Positions 49,221 through 58,674 of a DNA stretch of 64,000 nucleotides are shown here, piece after piece. This DNA is from an uncultured Gammaproteobacteria bacterium (GTDB lineage: Bacteria; Patescibacteriota; Patescibacteriia; SG8-24), in contig CAZBFO010000002.1 in NCBI GenBank assembly GCA_964491475.1, positions 144,501-208,500 on the forward strand, written 5' to 3'. Position numbers and translations under genes: made by a program. The notes below the pieces were generated by a model. It ran no database searches, was not told the DNA's origin, and was given only the letters and a program-made list of their open reading frames with translations. How positions within the stretch are numbered: position 1 is the first letter of the stretch; every line of letters starts with the position of its first letter.

Positions 49221-50332
49221 TTCTCACGATCGTCATTTTCGTAGCCGTCCTGTCGCTGCTGGTTTTCGTGCACGAGTTCGGGCACTTCATCACGGCCAAG
49301 AAGGCGGGCATTCGCGTGGACGAGTTCGGTTTCGGATTTCCGCCGCGCGCCTTCGGCATCAAGCGCGGGCAGACCATCTACTCGATTAACTGGATTCCGC
49401 TGGGAGGCTTCGTGCGCATCAAGGGCGAGGCAGGAGAGCATCGCGGCGACAAGGACAGCTTCGCCAACAAGAGCGGCTGGATCCGCTTGCTGGTGCTGAC
49501 GGCAGGCGTGGTCATGAACGTTTTGCTGGCCTGGTTCCTGTTCTCTTTCGGCTACGTGGTCGGCATGCCGCAGGTGGTCGAGGACTTGCCGCAGTTCGCG
49601 CACGTCACCGACGACCAGACGCAGGTGATGGACGTGCTCAAGGATTCTCCGGCGGAGAAGGCCGGCTTCAAGCCCGGCGATATCCTCGTGTCGGTCGACG
49701 GTCGGCCGGTCGCGGGCGCGGACAGCGTGCGCGAGTATACCCGCACGCGCGAGAACCAGCCGATTACCGTCGTCTTCAAGCAGGACAACCAGACCATGAC
49801 GCGCAGCGTGACGCCGGTCCGCATTGGCGAGGCGCAGCAGGCGGCCATGGGTTTGGCGCTGGTGCGTACCGGCATGGTGTCGTATCCGTTCTGGTACGCG
49901 CCGGTGCAGGGCGCGGTCGCCACCTGGGTGATGGGCCGCGAGATCGTCTTCTCCTTCGGCGCGCTTTTCCGCGACCTGTTCACGGGGCACGGCGTCAACG
50001 TCGACCTCTCCGGACCGATTGGTATCGCCGTCATCACCTCGCAAGTCGCGGCGCGCGGTTTCCGTCACCTGATTCAGTTCACTGCGTTGCTCTCTTTGAA
50101 CCTGGCCATCATCAACATCCTGCCATTCCCGGCGCTCGACGGCGGGCGCGTGCTGTTTTTGGCCATCGAGAAGGCGCGTGGCCGGGCGGTCAGCCGCAAC
50201 GTCGAGATCGTCGCCCACAACCTCGGCTTCGCGCTGCTGATGATCCTGGTGCTGTTCGTGACCATCGGCGATTTCCGCAAGTTCGGCGGGGGAATGATGC
50301 AGGGGCTTTCCCGTTTCTTCACCGGAGGGTAG
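49217..50332 (+). CDS. rseP: RIP metalloprotease RseP
   Basis: HEFGH, PLGGFV, PDZ, NILPFPALDGG. Confidence 0.95.
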   Translation: MILTIVIFVAVLSLLVFVHEFGHFITAKKAGIRVDEFGFGFPPRAFGIKRGQTIYSINWIPLGGFVRIKGEAGEHRGDKDSFANKSGWIRLLVLTAGVVMNVLLAWFLFSFGYVVGMPQVVEDLPQFAHVTDDQTQVMDVLKDSPAEKAGFKPGDILVSVDGRPVAGADSVREYTRTRENQPITVVFKQDNQTMTRSVTPVRIGEAQQAAMGLALVRTGMVSYPFWYAPVQGAVATWVMGREIVFSFGALFRDLFTGHGVNVDLSGPIGIAVITSQVAARGFRHLIQFTALLSLNLAIINILPFPALDGGRVLFLAIEKARGRAVSRNVEIVAHNLGFALLMILVLFVTIGDFRKFGGGMMQGLSRFFTGG

Positions 50333-50362
50333 TATTTTTTGCGTACACCGAATGCGGATTTT

Positions 50363-51424
50363 ATGAAGGACCAGCTCCAAAATTTGGCTAATACATTGAA
50401 GCAACAGATTGCCTCTCTCAAAGACTTGGCGGCACTGGAGGCTTTTTCGGTTGAGAAGCTGGGCCGCAAGAGCGAGTTCAACAACCTTTTGAAGGGTCTC
50501 GGCGCGCTGCCTGCAGAGGAACGCGCGGCGGTCGGCAGCCTGGCCAACACGCTCAAGCAGGAGGTGCAGGCCGCTTTCGATGCCAAGAAGTCCGAACTGG
50601 AATCCGCCTCCGCCGGCGCCATCGCCGAGACGGAGTGGATTGACGTGACCGTCCCGGGCACGCGCCCGCAGAAAGGGCATCTCCACCTGACGACGCAGGC
50701 CATTCAGGAAGTCACCGACATCTTCCGCCGCATCGGCTTCACTCGCGTGCGCCACCCCGAAGTGGAGTGGGACTGGTACGCCTTCGAGGCGCTCAACATG
50801 CCGCCCGACCATCCTGCCCGCGACGAATGGGAAACGTTTTTCGTCGACGCGCCCGTGTCAGAGAAGAACGGCAAGATGGTGCTGACGCCGCACACCTCCT
50901 CCGGCCAGATACGCGAGATGCAGAAGAAGCACCTGCCCATCCGCATGATCAACATCGGGAAATGTTATCGCCGCCAAATCGACGTCTCGCACGTCCCGAT
51001 GTTCCACCAGTTCGAGGGGCTTCTCATCGACAAGAACGTTTCGGTCACGCACCTCAAGGGCGTGCTCGACTATTTCGCCAAATCGTTTTTCGGTCCGGAC
51101 CGCGTCACGCGCCTGCGCCCGTTCCACTTCCGTTTCACCGAGCCGAGTTTTGAAGTCGACATCAGCTGCGGCATCTGCGGCGGCACCGGCAAGCTGGAAG
51201 ACGGAGCCAAGTGCCGTCTCTGCAAGGAGGGTTGGTTGGAACTCGGCGGCGCCGGCATGGTCCATCCGAACGTGCTAAAGGCCTGCAAGATCGACCCCGA
51301 AACGTATGGCGGTTTCGCCTTCGGTTGGGGAGTGGAGCGCACCATGGCCATGAAGTCCGGCGTGCGCATCGACGACATCCGCGTGCTCTACAAGAGCGAC
51401 TTCCGTTTCCTGCGCCAGTTCTAG
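50363..51424 (+). CDS. pheS: Phenylalanyl-tRNA synthetase alpha subunit
   Basis: HPAR, HTSSGQ, FHQFEG, FRFTEPS, GFAFGWGVER. Confidence 0.96.
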   Translation: MKDQLQNLANTLKQQIASLKDLAALEAFSVEKLGRKSEFNNLLKGLGALPAEERAAVGSLANTLKQEVQAAFDAKKSELESASAGAIAETEWIDVTVPGTRPQKGHLHLTTQAIQEVTDIFRRIGFTRVRHPEVEWDWYAFEALNMPPDHPARDEWETFFVDAPVSEKNGKMVLTPHTSSGQIREMQKKHLPIRMINIGKCYRRQIDVSHVPMFHQFEGLLIDKNVSVTHLKGVLDYFAKSFFGPDRVTRLRPFHFRFTEPSFEVDISCGICGGTGKLEDGAKCRLCKEGWLELGGAGMVHPNVLKACKIDPETYGGFAFGWGVERTMAMKSGVRIDDIRVLYKSDFRFLRQF

Positions 51425-51442
51425 CGCCTGCGGCCTTGCAAT

Positions 51443-53848
51443 ATGAACATTCTCGCATCGTACAACTGGATCAAGGAATACGTGGCCCTCAAGGAGTCGC
51501 CCGAAGCTTTCGCGCGCAGACTTGCGCTGTCCGGCCCGGCACCGGAGCGCCTGTATCCGCAGGCTCTGCCGTACGACAAGATGGTTGTCGGGCAGATTAA
51601 GGAAGTGAAGGCTCACCCGAACCCTAAGGTCACCAAGCTCCGTGTGGTCGCTGCCGACATCGGCGAGGCGCAACCGTTGGAGTTGGTTTGCGGCGGTTCA
51701 AATTTGGAAGTGGGCATGAAGGTCGTCGTCGCGCTGGTCGGCGCAAAGGTGAAGTGGCATGGTCAGGGCGATCTTATCGAACTGCAGCCGGCCGTCATTC
51801 AAGGCATCGAGTCCAAGGGCATGATTTGCGGCGCCAACGAAATCGGTCTGGCCGACGCCTTCCCGCACGCCGAGCGCGAAATCATGGACGTGAGCTGGCT
51901 CAAGGCCAAACCCGGGACCTCACTCGCCAAGGCGCTCGACCTCGATGACACCGTTTTCGACATCGAAGTCACTACCAACCGCCCCGACGCCTACTGCATG
52001 GTCGGCCTCGCTCGCGAGGCGTCCGCCGTGCTCGGCGCCAAGTTCCTGTGGCGCGAACCCGTCGTGCCGTCGATGGCCAAGGGCATGACGGCCATGGAGC
52101 TGCACGTCAAAGTGAGCGCTTCCAAAGTCTGCACGCGCTACCAGGCCGTCGTCATGACCGACGTGACCGTCGGTCCGTCGCCGTGGTGGCTCAAGCGCCG
52201 CCTTATCCAGTCCGGCCTGCGCCCAATCAACACCGTGGTCGACATCACCAACTACGTCATGTTGGAGTACGGGCAGCCTTTGCATGCATTCGATTACGAT
52301 CAACTTGCCGGCCACTCCATCGTGGTTCGCAACGCCAAGGAAGGGGAGAAGATCCTGATGCTCGACGGCGTTGAGCGCACGCTCAAGACTTCCAACGTGG
52401 TGATTTGCGACGCCGACAAGCCGATGGCCGTCGCCGGCGTCATGGGCGGCGAAAACTCCGGCGTCCACGAGAACACCAAGACCATCGTGTTCGAGGCCGC
52501 CACCTTCGATGCCGTTTCCATCCGCCGCACCGCTCGCTCGCTGGGCGTGCAGACCGATTCGTCGCTGCGCTACGAGAAGGGCTTGCCCGAAGACCTCACC
52601 GCCGCTGCGCTCGCGCGTGCCGTGGAGCTGTGCCAGGAAGTCGCCTGCGGCCGCGTGGCCAGCAAGGTGTTCGACGAACGCTCGGTCGCCCACAAGAAGG
52701 TGAAGTACTCCTTCCGCCCCGAAAAGGCCGAAGCGCTGATCGGCATCACCATCCCGCCCAAGGACATGAAGAAGATTCTGGTCTCGCTCGGCTTCGGCGT
52801 GAGCGGTGCGGGCAAGAAGTGGGACGTGACCGTGCCGTATTGGCGCGAGAAGGACATCGAAGGGGAGCGCGACTTCACTGAAGAGATCGCCCGCGTCTAC
52901 GGTTACGCCAACCTCCCGTCGGTGATGCCCACCGGCGAGATTCCCACTTACGGCTTCGACGCGCTGCTCGACGACGAAGATCGCGCCAAGCGCTTCTTCA
53001 AGGGCGTGGGCTGCACCGAGCTCATCAACTACTCGCTGGTGCCCGCGGCACATCTCGAGAAGTGCGGATTCAAGTTGGCCGACGCCATCCGCATCGCCAA
53101 CCCGCTCTCCGCCGACTTCGAGTACCTCCGCATGAGCCTGCTCCCCGGTTTCCTCCAGACGATTCAGGAGAACCAGGGCTTGTTCCCCGAAGGGAAAATC
53201 TTCGAGGTCAGCAACGTCTATTGGAAAAAAGAAGGCGACCTCCCCGATGAAATCCTGGCAATGGCCGGCGCGGTCTACGGACCGTACGACGACGACCGCC
53301 TGTTCCGCGAGGCCAAAGGACTGTTCGAGGCCTATGCCGCCGAGGTCGGCGTGCGCGTGGCCTATGAGCGCATGAGCGGCGGCCCGCAGCACCCCGGCCG
53401 CGCCGTGAAGATTCTCGCCGACGGCGAGTTCGTGGGTTGGATCGCCGAAACGCACCCCAACGTCTGCAAGAAGTTCGGCGTCGACTGCCGCGTGGCGGCA
53501 TTCGAAGTGCCGCTGGCCAAGTTCCTGACCCACCGCAGCACCCACGCCAAGTACGTCCCTATCCCGCTGTTCCCCCCGGCCAAGCGCGACCTGGCGCTGC
53601 TGGTCGAAGAGAAGGCGGAGTTCGGCGGCATGTACGAGGCGCTGCTCACCGGCAGCGCGTTGCTCAAGGACGTCGAGCTGTTCGACGTCTATCGAGGAAA
53701 AGGAGTTGAGCCCGGAAAAAAGAGCCTGGCGATGCACCTGACTTTCGCGGACAACGAGCGCACGCTCACCGCCGAGGAGGTCGACGCGGCGATTACGTCG
53801 CTGACTGGAGCCCTAAAAGAGAAGTTCGGCGCGACGGTGCGGGGTTGA
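51443..53848 (+). CDS. pheT: Phenylalanyl-tRNA synthetase beta subunit
   Basis: NRPD, VDITNYVMLEYGQPLHAFD, EEIARVYGY, FDX-ACB domain. Confidence 0.96.
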   Translation: MNILASYNWIKEYVALKESPEAFARRLALSGPAPERLYPQALPYDKMVVGQIKEVKAHPNPKVTKLRVVAADIGEAQPLELVCGGSNLEVGMKVVVALVGAKVKWHGQGDLIELQPAVIQGIESKGMICGANEIGLADAFPHAEREIMDVSWLKAKPGTSLAKALDLDDTVFDIEVTTNRPDAYCMVGLAREASAVLGAKFLWREPVVPSMAKGMTAMELHVKVSASKVCTRYQAVVMTDVTVGPSPWWLKRRLIQSGLRPINTVVDITNYVMLEYGQPLHAFDYDQLAGHSIVVRNAKEGEKILMLDGVERTLKTSNVVICDADKPMAVAGVMGGENSGVHENTKTIVFEAATFDAVSIRRTARSLGVQTDSSLRYEKGLPEDLTAAALARAVELCQEVACGRVASKVFDERSVAHKKVKYSFRPEKAEALIGITIPPKDMKKILVSLGFGVSGAGKKWDVTVPYWREKDIEGERDFTEEIARVYGYANLPSVMPTGEIPTYGFDALLDDEDRAKRFFKGVGCTELINYSLVPAAHLEKCGFKLADAIRIANPLSADFEYLRMSLLPGFLQTIQENQGLFPEGKIFEVSNVYWKKEGDLPDEILAMAGAVYGPYDDDRLFREAKGLFEAYAAEVGVRVAYERMSGGPQHPGRAVKILADGEFVGWIAETHPNVCKKFGVDCRVAAFEVPLAKFLTHRSTHAKYVPIPLFPPAKRDLALLVEEKAEFGGMYEALLTGSALLKDVELFDVYRGKGVEPGKKSLAMHLTFADNERTLTAEEVDAAITSLTGALKEKFGATVRG

Positions 53849-53901
53849 CACCCGCGCCGTTTTCGTCTATTTTGATTGGCAACGAAAGCGAGGTTCTTTC
53901 A

Positions 53902-54306
53902 ATGGAAAACCATCCTGTCGTACAGGCGGCGCTGGAGGGTGCGAGAATGGACGTATTGTGGCTGCTCATTGCCCTTCTGATGGTGGTATCAGTTCCGCTG
54001 TATCTCATGAACCGGGCCGCTGCATGGTCCGAACAGACTTGGAACGTGCTGGCCGTCGGCACCGTGCTCGAGACGGTCGTGGCACCGATGCCGCACCTCG
54101 GCACGGTTCCCGACGACTCGTATCCGGGCACGAGGGAAGTGCAGACGGTCATCACCTTCACGGATGGCAGGCGCATCGCCATCTGCGGGAACTACTCCGT
54201 CGATCTCGAGCAGGGCGCGTACGTGGTCATCTCGCAAAACGGTTCCTGCCGATTGCGCATCGACCGCCCGGCTGCGGAGCAGCCGATGGGGGTGTACCGT
54301 GGCTGA
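53902..54306 (+). CDS. Hypothetical single-TM protein
   Basis: TM then small beta domain (ITFTDGRR). Confidence 0.6.
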   Translation: MENHPVVQAALEGARMDVLWLLIALLMVVSVPLYLMNRAAAWSEQTWNVLAVGTVLETVVAPMPHLGTVPDDSYPGTREVQTVITFTDGRRIAICGNYSVDLEQGAYVVISQNGSCRLRIDRPAAEQPMGVYRG

Positions 54307-54640
54307 CACCGGCTTCGTCGGCGGGCTTCTGCTCGCCTGCGCCGTCGGCATCGCGCTGGTCACCGTGGCCACGTTGGCGCTCATCCGCATCGGCGGCCGG
54401 CGCTGGCGGGTGGTGGGCGAAGGCGTCGTCGACCGCACCGAGCTTCACGAAGTGCCCGCCGGCGTCACGCCGATGGAGAACGGCTTCATCTCGCCGCCGG
54501 TGTCCATGAACATGGTGCGGTTTGCCGACGGCTCCCGCGTCGAGATTCCGCACGAGCAGGTCTCGCGCTGCGAGAAGGGCAAGCGCATCCGCGTCAGCCG
54601 CAACTGGCTGGGGGAGCTGCGCATCGAGGACGTGCAGTGA
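54299..54640 (+). CDS. Hypothetical single-TM protein, similar layout to previous gene
   Basis: GTG start overlapping previous stop; VRFADGSR. Confidence 0.55.
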   Translation: MADTGFVGGLLLACAVGIALVTVATLALIRIGGRRWRVVGEGVVDRTELHEVPAGVTPMENGFISPPVSMNMVRFADGSRVEIPHEQVSRCEKGKRIRVSRNWLGELRIEDVQ

Positions 54641-54739
54641 CTTTGGGACGGCGATCGCCGTCCTTTTTCTTTTGCGCAGTTGCGTACCCCCTCCGGGCCC
54701 GTGCTATACTTGCCCCGTACAAACCTGTCCCCCTCATTT

Positions 54740-55045
54740 ATGCTCATCGAGACGAGCAAAGACCTGCTGTTCGTGGTCCTGGCGTTCTGCGCGCTGTGGC
54801 TCACCGTCTTCGCGCTCTGGCTGATGTACTACGTCATCGCCATCGTCCGCGACGCCGAGGCGCTCATCCGCCAGATCAAGGGTGCCGTCGGCAAGGTGGA
54901 CGCCCTGGCACACGTCGCCCACGAGAAGATGGAGCGCTCGGCGGCCTCGCTCACGCTCATCGCCCAGGCGGTGAAGGAGCTGATCGTCTGGGGCATCCAG
55001 GAGCGCGCCAAGACTTCGGCCCCCAAGTCCTCGCGAAAAAAGTAG
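54740..55045 (+). CDS. Hypothetical TM + coiled-coil protein
   Basis: TGCTATACT -10 upstream, terminator downstream. Confidence 0.7.
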   Translation: MLIETSKDLLFVVLAFCALWLTVFALWLMYYVIAIVRDAEALIRQIKGAVGKVDALAHVAHEKMERSAASLTLIAQAVKELIVWGIQERAKTSAPKSSRKK

Positions 55046-55115
55046 TTTGACAGCGCCGAAAGGGGACGTCACGATGCAAGTGGCGTCCTTTTTTTTGCGG
55101 CTTACGGAGGCTGTC

Positions 55116-55742
55116 ATGGCTGACGAGAATGGTAACGGCGATAACGACGGCGACGAAAACGATGAGCGTACCCCTCTGCAGGAACGGCTTCATCGGCTGC
55201 AGGGACTGGTGATGCAGCACGCGCTCCCGCACGTGCGGGCGGAGGTGCGGAAGCACATTGCCGAATTGCATCTGGTGCCCGAGCGCGTCGACTTGATCGT
55301 GGACGAGATGCGTCAGGAAATCGAGGCGCAAGGCGCGACGCCCGAAGAAGTCGAGGAAGCCGTCGCTGTCGGGCGCGAAAATCTGCTCCAGATGGGACGC
55401 GGCGAACCGGGTCCCGTCGAGGAGATTGTCGGCATGGTGCTGCTTGAAGTCGCGCCGAAGGTGGTCGTCGCCTGGGTCAACGTCCTGGGCACCTATGCCA
55501 GCCGCCGTGACGGTCTCGCCTGGTTGCGGCTTTCGACCCTCGGTCCCGACATGCTGCCCCTGGGCGACAAGGAGTGCGACCAGGAGTTCGATGAGGAATT
55601 CAATCAGGATTCTCCCATCGACGGCGCGGCCGCCCGTGCCATCCTGCGCGACATTCGCGCCTCGCTGCCCGCAGGCAAAACCCTGCCGGAAGACATGATT
55701 CAGGCCCTTGATCTCGCTTGGAGCATCATGGTCGTTCCTTAG
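55116..55742 (+). CDS. Hypothetical acidic protein
   Basis: GGAGG RBS, host-like codon usage. Confidence 0.6.
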   Translation: MADENGNGDNDGDENDERTPLQERLHRLQGLVMQHALPHVRAEVRKHIAELHLVPERVDLIVDEMRQEIEAQGATPEEVEEAVAVGRENLLQMGRGEPGPVEEIVGMVLLEVAPKVVVAWVNVLGTYASRRDGLAWLRLSTLGPDMLPLGDKECDQEFDEEFNQDSPIDGAAARAILRDIRASLPAGKTLPEDMIQALDLAWSIMVVP

Positions 55743-55846
55743 TTTTTTACCGGCTTGTAGCCGGTTTTTTGCTGCGGAGCCTGACCGTTGACAGGAGCCG
55801 CGGAACGTGCCAAGGTCAGACGTCCTGCTTGAGAAAGGAGGACGAA

Positions 55847-56251
55847 ATGTTCGAAAAAAGGCCTTACGAGTGGGTGGAGGAACTCATCGCCATCTTGGAG
55901 TCAGATCAGGTCGTGCCGCCGAAGCACGTCGTCCGCGTCGACCTGTACCGCTTGCATCTGGAAATGGCTCTCGACGTCCTTCGGGACGAACTGGATCGTT
56001 GGCGGTCCGCCGGCAAGCCGGCCAACCTGATGCGTCCTTCGGACCTGTCCGACGAAGCGGCAGACGCATTCTGCTGTTCTCTGAAGAAGGCGTCCTGGTG
56101 CGCATTCATGCCCGCGCGTGACAACGACGATTTTGCCTCGTCCGGAGTCATCGAGGTTGGCGAGACGGTCGCGGTGAGCGGCATCGTCTCCGTCGCGGCA
56201 CAGCCGATTTTTTCGCAAACGGCCGCGTCACGTCGCGGCGGGCGGTCCTAG
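55847..56251 (+). CDS. Hypothetical protein
   Basis: AAGGAGG RBS; TTGACA upstream. Confidence 0.55.
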   Translation: MFEKRPYEWVEELIAILESDQVVPPKHVVRVDLYRLHLEMALDVLRDELDRWRSAGKPANLMRPSDLSDEAADAFCCSLKKASWCAFMPARDNDDFASSGVIEVGETVAVSGIVSVAAQPIFSQTAASRRGGRS

Positions 56252-56284
56252 TGGCCGCTTTTTTTATTTTCTGCGGCGGCACCG

Positions 56285-56482
56285 TTGACAGTCAGCCCGT
56301 TTTCTGCCATGGTGAGGAGCGTATGAACGACAACGTCATGCACAAGCCGACTACGTCGATCGCCCAGGACTGCGTCCTTGGTACTTTCGTCGTGTTGTCG
56401 GCCCGCATGGCGCCTGATCGCGAGTAATCCTCGCGCATATCAGACGGCAAGCGGTCCGGAAAACACCGGACCGCTTTTGTTT
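56285..56482 (+). promoter_or_regulatory. Promoter, leader peptide (56323..56427) and attenuator hairpin upstream of MFS gene
   Basis: TTGACA-17-CATGGT; 34-codon uORF; AAGCGGTCCGG/CCGGACCGCTT stem + T-rich tail. Confidence 0.6.
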
Positions 56483-56553
56483 CTGCCGCTGCTCCATGGG
56501 GGAGTGCGGAGGTACAAGGGCTCATCGCAGTTCCTTCGAAAACGGAGTAACGC

Positions 56554-57750
56554 ATGCATCCGACATTCGTCTATGTGCTGTTCACGGCACTTTGGGGCGC
56601 GGGCATGGGAGCAACGGCCACCACTTACTCGCCGAACCTCCTGGCTCACGGGCTCTCGCTCTCGGACGTCGCGGCGGTCAACCTGTTTTTCTGGGTTTCC
56701 GTCTCGGTCTCGGAGCTGCCGACCGGCCTGTTCGCGGACGGAAAGGGGAGGGCTTGGTCGGTCCGCGCAGGCGCGCTCGTCCACGTCATCGGCTCCTTCG
56801 GTTACGCCACGGCGACGACCTTCTGGCAGGCGGTCCTGTGGGAGTGCATCATCGGCGTCGGCATCGCCTTCCTTTCGGGGGCGCAACAGGCGTGGCTCAC
56901 GGATGCGCTCATCAAGCGCGGCGAGGCGCACCTGATCAGCCGGGCCTTCGGTACAGCCGCCGCAACTCGGGCAATGGCCGCGATCGTCTCCGGTACGCTG
57001 GGCGCGCTGCTTGGCGTTCTCGACCTGCGTCTCGGCTGGGTGCTCTCGGGAGTGCTGCACGTCGGCGCGGCTTACGTGGCCTTCCGCTGCATGAACGGCG
57101 ACGGCGAACCGGAGAAGCGCATGACCGAACGTCAGGCGTTCGCGGCCAGCTTTACCGCCACGCGGCGCATCCGCGGCCTCGGCTGGGCCATGGTCATGGC
57201 CATCGTCTTCGGCTTCGTCCTGCCGTTCAATCATTTCTGGGCCCCGTTCTTCAACGCGAAGGTCGGCCAGGCAGGAATGTCGTACGTCTGGGCACCGCTG
57301 ATTCTCGGCGTGGTCATCGGCGGACTGGCGGTGCGGCGCGGCGGCTTCCTTGCCGGCGCCGACCGGCGCGGCATCGTGGTGAGCCATCTCGTTTCGGGCG
57401 GCGGATTGGTCGTCGCCGGGCTGTGCTCCGGTTTCGCCGTGCCGTTCCTCGCCTGCATCGTCCACGAAGTGGGCAGGGGAATGTACGAGCCGCTGATGGA
57501 CGCCTACGTCCAAAAGCGGGTCGAGTCCGGCTACCGCGCCACCTACGCCTCGGTGCAGTCGCTGATTCAGCGCGCGGGGTTCGCCGTCATCCTTGGCGGC
57601 GTCATCCTGTGCACCAGGAACAAGCCTTCGAACGTCGAGACGGTCTCGGTCACGTGGGCCGTTTCCGGCGCGCTGATGTGCGTCTGCGCGGTCGTCGGCT
57701 GGCTGGCGTGCCGCACGAAGACCAAGTCCGTCGCGGAATCGACAGTCTGA
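56554..57750 (+). CDS. MFS transporter
   Basis: ELPTGLFADGKGR, SGAQQAW, YRATYAS; about 12 TM. Confidence 0.88.
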   Translation: MHPTFVYVLFTALWGAGMGATATTYSPNLLAHGLSLSDVAAVNLFFWVSVSVSELPTGLFADGKGRAWSVRAGALVHVIGSFGYATATTFWQAVLWECIIGVGIAFLSGAQQAWLTDALIKRGEAHLISRAFGTAAATRAMAAIVSGTLGALLGVLDLRLGWVLSGVLHVGAAYVAFRCMNGDGEPEKRMTERQAFAASFTATRRIRGLGWAMVMAIVFGFVLPFNHFWAPFFNAKVGQAGMSYVWAPLILGVVIGGLAVRRGGFLAGADRRGIVVSHLVSGGGLVVAGLCSGFAVPFLACIVHEVGRGMYEPLMDAYVQKRVESGYRATYASVQSLIQRAGFAVILGGVILCTRNKPSNVETVSVTWAVSGALMCVCAVVGWLACRTKTKSVAESTV

Positions 57751-57827
57751 CTGAATGCCCTCCCATGCGGAGGGTTTTTCTTTTCTGCTGCCCGCAACAA
57801 AAAAGAGCCTCGATTGAGGCTCATCGG

Positions 57828-58547
57828 TCAGAAGTCGCAGACCGTGTACGGCTTCATCACCGGGTGCGCGGCGAAGAAGGCACGCAGCTGCCCTTCGTCG
57901 AGCTGCCGGCGGCCGAGCCGTTCGGGCTGGCGCATGATCTCTTCGCCCAGGGCGCGGACTACGTTGCGGTTGGTCTGCACCACCGACTGGGCGCAGTACT
58001 GCGCGGCGCGGACGTCGTCCATGAAGTCCAGGATGTCCTTCTCGTTTTCCAGCGCTCTCATGCCGCGCTCGGCGGCGATCGGGTCGTCGGTGTAGCGGCC
58101 CATCAGCGCGCGCGTGGCTTCCCTGCGGTCGGAGCCGCTGGAATCGGACTGCCTCTTGAGCAGCTCTTCTTCGGCGGAAGCCCCGGCATACATGATGACG
58201 GCGATGCCAAGGGCGTCGGCGCGCACGTCGGGACGGATGGTCACGTCCACGTCCGACTGTCCGTAGAGCGTATCTGCGGCGTCGCGGGGCACGGCGACAT
58301 ACACCTTGGTGGAATGCACCGAGCCGGCGCCGTGCAGCGTCACCGAGGCCACCACGTGGGCGGCTTCGTGCAACGCGGTCACGTTCTGCCTGTCGGCCGA
58401 GACGGGGACGGACTTGCGCGAGGCCCAGTTGACCGCGTCCGTCACCAGCTGCAGCGTTGGCCCGTGCATGAACACCAGCAGGGTCACGAGCAGCAGCCCG
58501 ATGATGGCGAGACGGATGGCTATTGCGGGCGGGATGCTTTTGCGCAC
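57828..58547 (-). CDS. Stand-alone M41 (FtsH-type) peptidase domain protein
   Basis: TALHEAAH, YAGASAEE, GSD; N-terminal TM; no AAA domain. Confidence 0.7.
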   Translation of the reverse strand: MRKSIPPAIAIRLAIIGLLLVTLLVFMHGPTLQLVTDAVNWASRKSVPVSADRQNVTALHEAAHVVASVTLHGAGSVHSTKVYVAVPRDAADTLYGQSDVDVTIRPDVRADALGIAVIMYAGASAEEELLKRQSDSSGSDRREATRALMGRYTDDPIAAERGMRALENEKDILDFMDDVRAAQYCAQSVVQTNRNVVRALGEEIMRQPERLGRRQLDEGQLRAFFAAHPVMKPYTVCDF

Positions 58548-58639
58548 GATTGCTCCTGTGCGGCGAGAGGAAATGAGCTGCGAGCAGTGAACGCCAAAAT
58601 CGGCCGCATGTCAATGCCGCGAAGCCCGGCGCGCCGGAC

Positions 58640-58665
58640 AAAAAACCGCCCCGAAGGGCGGTTTT
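58640..58665 (-). terminator. Intrinsic terminator
   Basis: AAAAAA-CCGCCC-cgaa-GGGCGG-TTTT. Confidence 0.8.
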
Positions 58666-58674
58666 GCTTTCTGC

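Noticed and set aside
51160-51230. CxxC...CxxC insert in PheS
   Set aside because: Common feature of many bacterial PheS proteins
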